The notes below the pieces were generated by a model, which was not told the DNA's origin, ran no database searches, and worked only from the letters and a program-made list of their open reading frames with translations. A stretch of 64,000 bases of DNA from Chamaesiphon sp. (lineage in GTDB: Bacteria > Cyanobacteriota > Cyanobacteriia > Cyanobacteriales > Chamaesiphonaceae): assembly GCA_965246715.1 (NCBI GenBank), contig CBDFFH010000047.1, positions 1 through 64,000 on the forward strand. The letters run 5' to 3'. Positions 1 through 7,177 of this stretch are shown piece after piece; the first letter of the stretch is position 1; each line of letters starts with the position of its first letter. The translations under genes and the position numbers were made by a program.

Positions 1-491
1 GGAAACTGGCAGATGGGAGACAGATGAAGATGCTAGGCAAGAAGGGTCAACAAGTTAAGCTATCAGGTTTAGAGGGCGTGGTTACGGCTTCCTGGTTCTA
101 CTTAAAACGGGATGGTAAGTTGGAGAAAAGATTTGTGATTTCGACCCGCGCTCTTAAAGGCAGTACGATTGCTTGGTGGGGCAGTCGTCGATGGGCAATT
201 GAAGGATTTTTCAAGACTGCTAAATATCGATTTGGGCTGGCTAGCTTCGGTCAACAAACACTTTTAGGTGTATACCGTTGGCTGCTTCTGAGCTTTATTA
301 GTTTTGTACTCACCCACTGGGTCTATTTATCCTCAAACGTAAGCCTTCCGCCTGAGTGGAGACAGGAATCTGAGCTGGCACTTCAACAGTTAATGCCACA
401 GATCGCAGTGAGTTTACTTTTAGTAGAAATCGATCGGAAGCGAGACTTTCTGCTCTCGCAGGGTCTTGCCTTGGAATTAGTCTCGATCTAA
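1..491 (+). mobile_element. IS701-family-like DDE transposase, C-terminal part (5' end outside window)
   Basis: Frame is open from the window start (KLADGRQMKM...). The motif WGSRRWAIEGFFKTAKYRFGL contains the catalytic Glu region typical of IS4-superfamily/IS701 transposases. Confidence 0.8.
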
Positions 492-509
492 ATCTAGTAC
501 TTATATTCT

Positions 510-524
510 GGTGCAAGATGTGAG
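510..524. mobile_element. Probable right terminal inverted repeat of the IS (GGTGCAAGATGTGAG)
   Basis: Lies 19 bp after the transposase stop and resembles cyanobacterial IS701-type ends. The left end is not in the window, so it cannot be paired. Confidence 0.45.
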
Positions 525-607
525 TATATCGATCGATTGCCAAGTGAGTACGCTAGCGTACAATACGATCGATACCCAATATTTTGACACATCCCCCTTC
601 AGATTCC

Positions 608-1087
608 ATGAATATCAGAATTGGTAACGGTTATGACATCCATCGGTTAGTGCCCGATCGACCATTAATTCTCGGTGGTGTTAAAATCGAACACGAACTA
701 GGGCTTTTGGGACATAGCGATTCTGATGCGTTGACACATGCGATTATGGATGCGATGTTGGGCGCATTGAGTTTAGGCGATATCGGGCATTATTTCCCCC
801 CCACCGACGATAAGTGGAAGGGTGCAGATAGTATCGAACTCTTAAAACAAGTAGACAAATTAATACGCGATCGCGGTTGGCAAATTGGTAATCTCGATAC
901 TGTAGTCGTCGCCGAACGCCCGAAACTCAAACCACACATCCATGCCATGCGCGATCGCTTGGCACAAGCCTTACAATTAGAACCAGACCAAGTTGGTGTC
1001 AAGGCTACAACTAATGAAAAATTAGATGCTACCGGACGCGAAGAAGGCATCTGTGCATACGCTGTCGTCTTGTTAATCAAGCAATAA
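608..1087 (+). CDS. ispF: 2-C-methyl-D-erythritol 2,4-cyclodiphosphate synthase
   Basis: Motifs [34 protein letters not shown] at 608 preferred over TTG 584. Confidence 0.97.
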   Translation: MNIRIGNGYDIHRLVPDRPLILGGVKIEHELGLLGHSDSDALTHAIMDAMLGALSLGDIGHYFPPTDDKWKGADSIELLKQVDKLIRDRGWQIGNLDTVVVAERPKLKPHIHAMRDRLAQALQLEPDQVGVKATTNEKLDATGREEGICAYAVVLLIKQ

Positions 1088-1099
1088 TCCTAATATTTT

Positions 1100-1124
1100 C
1101 TCTGCGCCCTCTGCGCCTCTGCGG
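1100..1124. repeat. Short tandem CTCTGCG repeats (STRR-like)
   Basis: Three CTCTGCG units in the ispF-ABC intergenic gap. Confidence 0.6.
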
Positions 1125-1139
1125 TTAAAAGAAAATCAT

Positions 1140-2906
1140 ATGTTGAAATCTATCTGGCAACGGTTGTCGATCTTCGTAATTATCATTGCGATCGCCTTAA
1201 GTAGTTGTCGGCAATTAATTAATGCTACTTCTGCTGAGAATACCAATCGGCTAGTTTTTACAATTGGTAGCGATCCAAAGACATTTAACTCAGCATTAAG
1301 TAATTCATTGCCAAGAATATTTGATTATGTAGATGAAGGATTGATCTCAGAAAACTCTAAAGGTGAGATCGAGCCAGCGTTAGCAGAATCCTGGCAGGGA
1401 TCTCCTGACGGTAAATCGATTACTTTCAAACTTAGAAAGAATCTCAAATGGTCGGATGGAGTTCCATTAACAGTTGATGATGTTTTATTTACATTCAATG
1501 ATATTTACTTAAGTAAAACTATTCCTACCGATACTCAGGATGGTCTCAGAATTGGGAAAGAGCGCAAGTTACCTACAGTTAAAAAAATAGCTGCCGATCG
1601 TATTGAATTTACCACTCCAGAGCCATTTGCACCCTTTTTGCGCTCGCTTGGTGTGGGTATCATGCCAGCACACAAATTATCCAAGACGATTACGCAAAAG
1701 GATAGTGCTGGAAAGCCAGAATTTTTGAGTACTTGGGGGATTAATACCAACCCTAAAGATTTAGTTGCTTGTGGGATGTTCGTATTGGATTCGTACACAC
1801 CAGGAGAAAGATTGGTATTTAAGAAAAATCCTTATTATTGGCGTAAAGACGATCGAGGAAAACAACAACCATATATCGATCGCGTCGTCTGGCAAATTGT
1901 CGAATCTCCAGATACGTCATTAGTACAGTTTCGATCGGGAGATTTAGACGCATTTGGGGTCTCGCCCAGCTTCTTTTCTTTAATTAAAAAAGGTGAGAAA
2001 CAAGGCGGGTACAAAGTATACAATGGTGGCCCATCTTCGTCAACCACATTTATGTTTTTCAACCTAAATCAAGGCGAACGTGATGGTAAACCTCTACTCG
2101 ATCCAGTCAAATCGCGCTTGTTTAATAATGTTAAATTTCGTCAGGCGATCGCTTATGGACTCAATCGCCAACGAATGATTACTAATATCTATCGAGGATT
2201 GGGTTCGCCACAAGATTCACCGATTTCGGTATCGAGTCCCTATTATCTATCACGCGCACAGGGATTGCCTTCTTATGATTATAATCCCAAAAAAGCTAAA
2301 GAGTTACTATTAGCAGCCGGCTTTAAATATAACGAACAAGGTCAAGCGATCGATGAAGATGGCAATCGAGTACGATTTACACTATTAGTCGGTGCTGGCA
2401 GTAAATCTGGAGAAGCTGTTGGTACGCAAATCAAGCAAGATCTAGGTGCGATCGGGGTAGAAGTTGATTTTACACCTGTTGCGTGGAGTTTGATCGTTGA
2501 TAAGCTCGATAACTCGCTCAATTGGGATGCGATTATTATGAGCTTTACCGGTGGTATCGAACCGAATGATGGTGCTAATCTGTGGTCGATTAATGGTTCT
2601 TCGCATGTCTTCAATCTCAATCCTCAAAAGGGCAATCTGATTACCAATCATCAAGTTGCTGATTGGGAGAAAAAGATCGACGAAATATATATTCAAGCGG
2701 CACAAGAATTAAATGAGGAGAAACGTCGCAAGTTATACGTTGAATCCCAAATCATTACTCAACAGAATCTACCTTTTATTTATTTAGTCAATCCGTTGTC
2801 ATTATCTGCAATTAAAGACCGAATTAAGGGAATTAATTATTCACCAAGCAATGGTGTTAAAGGTGCATTTTGGAATTTGTATGAGTTGAGAGTAGCTGCT
2901 GAGTGA
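1140..2906 (+). CDS. Peptide/nickel ABC transporter substrate-binding lipoprotein (family 5)
   Basis: Lipobox LSSC; DPKTFN; EPALAESW; LRKNLKWSDGVPLTVDDV; FRQAIAYGLNR. Confidence 0.92.
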   Translation: MLKSIWQRLSIFVIIIAIALSSCRQLINATSAENTNRLVFTIGSDPKTFNSALSNSLPRIFDYVDEGLISENSKGEIEPALAESWQGSPDGKSITFKLRKNLKWSDGVPLTVDDVLFTFNDIYLSKTIPTDTQDGLRIGKERKLPTVKKIAADRIEFTTPEPFAPFLRSLGVGIMPAHKLSKTITQKDSAGKPEFLSTWGINTNPKDLVACGMFVLDSYTPGERLVFKKNPYYWRKDDRGKQQPYIDRVVWQIVESPDTSLVQFRSGDLDAFGVSPSFFSLIKKGEKQGGYKVYNGGPSSSTTFMFFNLNQGERDGKPLLDPVKSRLFNNVKFRQAIAYGLNRQRMITNIYRGLGSPQDSPISVSSPYYLSRAQGLPSYDYNPKKAKELLLAAGFKYNEQGQAIDEDGNRVRFTLLVGAGSKSGEAVGTQIKQDLGAIGVEVDFTPVAWSLIVDKLDNSLNWDAIIMSFTGGIEPNDGANLWSINGSSHVFNLNPQKGNLITNHQVADWEKKIDEIYIQAAQELNEEKRRKLYVESQIITQQNLPFIYLVNPLSLSAIKDRIKGINYSPSNGVKGAFWNLYELRVAAE

Positions 2907-3010
2907 TTGCTTGATTTTGCGTCCTTTGCAGAACTTGCGGATAGTTGTGTTAAAAAGCAGACTCTGTGCCAGACCTGTGACGAATATCATAGCCTTGCCA
3001 CAAAGCATTA

Positions 3011-3019
3011 TGGTACAAT
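3011..3019 (+). promoter_or_regulatory. Putative extended -10 promoter (TGGTACAAT)
   Basis: TGn-TACAAT about 30 bp upstream of ATG 3051; GGAG Shine-Dalgarno-like element at 3040-3043. Confidence 0.4.
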
Positions 3020-3050
3020 ATAACTACCGTATTCGATCGGGAGCTAGACT

Positions 3051-3392
3051 ATGCTAAGCCATCACACCAACATTCCAAATCAGCGACTGGGAACGCAGTA
3101 TCGACATGGAGACGTGATGATCCAACGGATCGATCGATTGCCGCTGCACGTACAGCAACGAGTTGGTGCGACGCTCGCACATGGGGAAGTTACCGGGCAC
3201 AGCCATCGCTTCGCACAGCCTGAGACAGTTCAACTGTGGGAACGCGGTAACGATCGATTTCTAGAAGTCAAAGCGTCCAGCGCCGCATTAATCCACGAAG
3301 AACACCAACGCATCGATATTCCGCAAGGGGTTTACCGCTTTTGGAAACAGCGCGAATATAGACCAGATGCCTTCGTGGAGGTTGAGGACTGA
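3051..3392 (+). CDS. Small His-rich hypothetical protein (HGDV / GEVTGHSH / HEEH / QREY family)
   Basis: 113 aa ORF with SD. The motif set matches a conserved family that I recall occurring next to DUF6745 genes. Confidence 0.8.
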   Translation: MLSHHTNIPNQRLGTQYRHGDVMIQRIDRLPLHVQQRVGATLAHGEVTGHSHRFAQPETVQLWERGNDRFLEVKASSAALIHEEHQRIDIPQGVYRFWKQREYRPDAFVEVED

Positions 3393-4087
3393 TGCGGAGA
3401 TTGATGTCTAATGGACGAGTCCCAAAAAGATCGGCTCCACTACCCTCGAACGTCATCCAAGAGCCAATTTCTGGAGATCGTGCCCGCACCCTAATTTTGG
3501 CACATCGCGCCCAAGCTGGAATGCGGGTTTTGGGTCATTTAAATCTGCGGGGAGCAGCAGATATTTACCAGCTTCCCGAAAATCTGACCTGTGAAAGCTT
3601 AGATATTAGCGACTGTCCGAATATTACAAACCTGCCGAAAGGTTTGCACGTCACCCACTGGATCGAATTAGCTGGGAGTGGGATTGCCAATCTCCCAGCG
3701 GGACATGGCTTCTTCCTGCGCTGGCGCGGCGTACATGTTAGCGATCGCATTGCCTTTGCTGACTCCCTGACTGGACAAGAGATCCTGAGAATCGATAATG
3801 TTGAGATTCGCCGCATCTCGATCGAGCGGTTGGGCTATGATACATTTTTACAACAAGTCGGTGGCGTGATTCACGATCGCGACACCGATGCAGGTGGCGA
3901 ACGTCAACTGATTTGCATCGCCTTTGACGATGACGAGCCGTTAATGCTCCTGAAGGTAATTTGTCCCTCAACGGGACACATTCACGTCCTCCGCGTCCCA
4001 CCTTACATGCGAACCTGTCATCAATCCGCAGCTTGGATCGGCGGATTTGACAATCCCGATGACTATCTGCCTGCGATCGAGGCGTAG
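3392..4087 (+). CDS. LRR-like N-terminus plus DUF6745-like C-terminal domain protein
   Basis: LPENL / LPKGL / LPAG repeats, then NVEIRRISIERLG and VICPSTGHIHVLRVPP...SAAW. TGATG overlap with the upstream gene. Confidence 0.8.
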   Translation: MRRLMSNGRVPKRSAPLPSNVIQEPISGDRARTLILAHRAQAGMRVLGHLNLRGAADIYQLPENLTCESLDISDCPNITNLPKGLHVTHWIELAGSGIANLPAGHGFFLRWRGVHVSDRIAFADSLTGQEILRIDNVEIRRISIERLGYDTFLQQVGGVIHDRDTDAGGERQLICIAFDDDEPLMLLKVICPSTGHIHVLRVPPYMRTCHQSAAWIGGFDNPDDYLPAIEA

Positions 4088-4116
4088 TTTCGACTTATAA
4101 GAGATAGATGGATCGT

Positions 4117-4386
4117 TCATTCCAAAGGTTTCTGAAGGATCGTAATTATTCGATCGAGAACCTCATCAATCTTCTCCCGATTTAACAGCGCAATTTTCCT
4201 AATAATATTATCCCTATTAAGAGCCTTGCTGAAGAGTTTCTAGAGATCTTGCTAAGCTTTATCTTCCTCCTCATTAAGCCATATTTCTGCTAGCGATGAT
4301 TCACTGAGAGATTGCCAGTCTCGAACTACTCGATCCGATCGTTCTTTATCTACTTCCAGCGCATGTGGTTGCGATTCGATCGCTGG
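4117..4386 (-). pseudogene. Decayed toxin-antitoxin remnant (DUF2281-like antitoxin tail plus PemK/MazF-like toxin tail)
   Basis: Minus frame reads DWQSLSESSLAEIWLNEEEDKA*QDL* with an internal TAG at 4252-4254, then KLFSKALNRDNIIRKIALLNREKIDEVLDRIITILQKPLE*. No start codons. Confidence 0.5.
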
Positions 4387-4530
4387 CTAGAATCTATTGC
4401 TAGATTGACTAGACCAAAAATAGTGCTGAGGGAAGATTAAATCGATGACAATAAATTCACCCAAATCTCGATCGACTAATTCGGGTTTGATACTTTCACA
4501 CAAGTTTTGACGGTCGAGATCGTAACTCGC

Positions 4531-4761
4531 TTAAACTCTAGTTTTTTGACGCGCAGGAGCGGTAGGAATTTCTTGACCCTTTTCCTGATAATCTTCTTTC
4601 ACTAACTCCCAAGCTAGTTTTAGTTCCTCGATTGCTGCTTGAGGTGTATCGCCAAAAGCTGAAATATTAGGAAGTTCTTGCAGATGTGCGAGCCAATCTT
4701 CCTGTTCATCGAGATATAAATTAATCGTGAACCCATTAAAATCATATCGATCGATAGTCAT
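4531..4761 (-). CDS. hicB: HicB-family antitoxin
   Basis: WLAHLQELPNISAFGDTPQAAIEEL...IPTAP; 4-bp overlap with hicA. Confidence 0.85.
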   Translation of the reverse strand: MTIDRYDFNGFTINLYLDEQEDWLAHLQELPNISAFGDTPQAAIEELKLAWELVKEDYQEKGQEIPTAPARQKTRV

Positions 4762-4997
4762 AATTCTTCTGCCTCTATATAGTCTAAGAATTGTTGTATT
4801 TGATATAGTTTTGCTTTGCCATCCCTACGCGGTTGAATGGGTAAAGGTTGACCCGTAGGCGAACACCATAAGCGATGACTTCCCCTCTGACGGCTAAACT
4901 CCCAGCCATTCTGACTTAGGAGGGTTTCAAATTCATCAAAAGTCAAATTGTCTGGATTTTCCCTAGCTTTTTGTAAAAGTTTCTCTTTTTTCGTCAT
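4758..4997 (-). CDS. hicA: HicA-family mRNase toxin
   Basis: LTFDEFETLL..GW..RQRGSH and AKLYQIQQ motifs. Confidence 0.88.
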   Translation of the reverse strand: MTKKEKLLQKARENPDNLTFDEFETLLSQNGWEFSRQRGSHRLWCSPTGQPLPIQPRRDGKAKLYQIQQFLDYIEAEEL

Positions 4998-5060
4998 TAT
5001 TCGAGCAACAGGATTGACCTACATTCTATCGAAAATACGCAGACCAATCCCGAACCCGCA

Positions 5061-5251
5061 CAGACGTGTTTTGCATTCTGAGAGGTAGTTTCAACCGCCG
5101 CAAAGCAGTATTACAAAAAGAAAGAAGGGAAAAGAGCAAAGGGCTAAGAAGTACCCGACTACAGACAAAACGTAAACCAATATCGTTATTGCGAAACGAC
5201 GCAACATGATGGTAGGCGGACTTTGCACCATGAGCCACAATTTCAATCGCA
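5061..5251. repeat. Two degenerate direct copies of a ~39-bp dispersed repeat (5061-5099, 5213-5251)
   Basis: Ungapped alignment by eye gives 24/39 identity; both copies end in TTTCAAYCGC. Confidence 0.45.
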
Positions 5252-5270
5252 GGCGATCGTCAATCGCCAC

Positions 5271-7121
5271 TTACGAAGCCATAACTGGCTGAACGAACCG
5301 CTTCACCTCCCCACAAGCAATATAAGACTTGCCATCAGGCCCCGTTTTAATCTCATCCACTACATATAGCATCCCTTCCTCCCGAACCGATCGCGGAAAG
5401 CGCATATTCCAATCTGGTTCGTAACCATCAGCCACTACCCGCGCCCGCAGCTTACTACCATCCTTCACACACTGCACCAATACGCCATCGCCCACCGAGT
5501 CAGTCGTCGGCAGATCCGCAGCCGTTGGTGCCCCTTTAGCAGCCTTGCCCGTACTAACACGCGATCGAACGGTATGACTACCAGAGGCAAAAGTATCTAC
5601 CTCACCTGGCTTAATCAACCGCGAAATCTGGCCTTGAACTCGATAAAAACCACCAGCAGTAAGTTCCAATTTCTCGGCTGTATAGCGCGCCCCTTCCGCC
5701 CGAATCGCGCGGGGAAACTGCACGTTCTTTGTAGAATCGTAACCGTCGGAGATGGCCTTGACCCGCAATTTGCCACCTTCGCGCACACATTGCAGCTCGA
5801 CACCCGTACCGACTTCACTAGTCTTGGGCAAGGCAAAAACTTCGTCGCCTGCTGTAACACCCCGCCCTGCTAGATCGCTGCGATTGCGGCTGAGTGTTTG
5901 ATAGCTCTGATCTCGCAGTTCCTTTCGTCCGGCATTGCCTAATGCTCCTTGGGCGATCTGACCCGCGAAATACTCAAGCTGCTCGATTTCTTCAGCAATT
6001 TCAAAGTTCTCGTTGAGTCCGCGACTTTGAAGGTCGAGGATTAGCGCCCGCAGCACTCGTTCCGCTTCTGGGCGATTGCCTTGCTCGGCGAGGGTGAGGG
6101 CGGTTTCTTTGGCTTTGGCGATCGTCAGATGGCTCAATTCCAGCATGACATCACTCGATGCCGAATTTGCAGATTCCTCGATCGAACCCACCGTAGCGAA
6201 AATTTCCGTGCTACCCGAGACGCTTTGGATCGCACCATTTTGCACGATGTCAGCTGTGTAATGTAGTTTCATCACTGCCAATCGACCGACTGGTGCATTC
6301 GCGATCGCGAGTTTCAAGCCCAACAGCTTATCTTCACCTTCATACAGATCGCCCAACGTCAATACTGTCGCACCTGTGGGGGTTTGGCTGACTTGCGCCA
6401 AACTCAACGTATCTACCAAGCTGACACCTGGAGCTAATTCGATCGTCACTACCAAATTTTGACCGACGACAGCACGCAAACTGTCCAATTCGATACTAAA
6501 AACTTCGCTGGCATCATCGATACTTTGGATGAAGTAGAAATTACCATTGGCTGCGCGAGCCATGCCAATTAACAAGTCTTCATTAAAACTTTGACCGAAG
6601 CCCAAAGTTGTCGTGGTAATCCCTTGCTCCGCTTTTTGCCCCGATGTGGTCGCGAGCACGGTGGGATCGGAAATTCCCATATTCGCATAACCGTCGGTCA
6701 AGAGTAGGACGCGGTTGATGCGTTGCGGGTCGAGGTTGGTTTTGACATAATCGCAACCCTTGAGCCATCCGCCAGATAAATTGGTCAGTCCACCCGCACG
6801 TACTCGCTGGATTGCTTTTCTAAGCGCACTTTTATCAGTTACGGCTTGAGGGGGTACGACGGTATCTACCGCATCATCATAGACAACGATCGAGAAAGTA
6901 TCGTTAGCGGTCAATTGCTCTACTACCGATTCCGCCGCCTGAAGTGCGTGATGTAGCGGCGCACCGGCCATCGAACCGGAACGATCGATCGCGAGTGACA
7001 AATTGAGGTTGCGGCGCGGCGCTTCTGGCAGATCCGCCCGCAATCGGAGCAGAATATTCGTATGCAATCCAGTACCCGTCGATAAGATTGCGGGATCGAA
7101 ATTGGAACTCGTATTAATCAT
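5271..7121 (-). CDS. VWA (vWFA) domain protein with duplicated C-terminal module
   Basis: MIDAS motif DRSGS, T (GLTNLSGG) and D (LLTDG). Two copies of QCV(R/K)xGxKLR...GY...NxxFPRxxRxEG. Confidence 0.9.
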   Translation of the reverse strand: MINTSSNFDPAILSTGTGLHTNILLRLRADLPEAPRRNLNLSLAIDRSGSMAGAPLHHALQAAESVVEQLTANDTFSIVVYDDAVDTVVPPQAVTDKSALRKAIQRVRAGGLTNLSGGWLKGCDYVKTNLDPQRINRVLLLTDGYANMGISDPTVLATTSGQKAEQGITTTTLGFGQSFNEDLLIGMARAANGNFYFIQSIDDASEVFSIELDSLRAVVGQNLVVTIELAPGVSLVDTLSLAQVSQTPTGATVLTLGDLYEGEDKLLGLKLAIANAPVGRLAVMKLHYTADIVQNGAIQSVSGSTEIFATVGSIEESANSASSDVMLELSHLTIAKAKETALTLAEQGNRPEAERVLRALILDLQSRGLNENFEIAEEIEQLEYFAGQIAQGALGNAGRKELRDQSYQTLSRNRSDLAGRGVTAGDEVFALPKTSEVGTGVELQCVREGGKLRVKAISDGYDSTKNVQFPRAIRAEGARYTAEKLELTAGGFYRVQGQISRLIKPGEVDTFASGSHTVRSRVSTGKAAKGAPTAADLPTTDSVGDGVLVQCVKDGSKLRARVVADGYEPDWNMRFPRSVREEGMLYVVDEIKTGPDGKSYIACGEVKRFVQPVMAS

Positions 7122-7177
7122 GCTTTATCTTGCTGATGAATGTGAATGCTGCGTCTAGCATTCCCCCAAACGCCCAG

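Noticed and set aside
2964..2983. Imperfect palindrome as a WYL/repressor operator upstream of the DUF6745-like pair
   Set aside because: Symmetry is weak and there is no regulator in the window.
5026..5238. 70-aa ORF as a real gene
   Set aside because: It is a mosaic of dispersed-repeat copies and a short FGE-like tail; the apparent GSW/SAY motifs fall inside the repeat.
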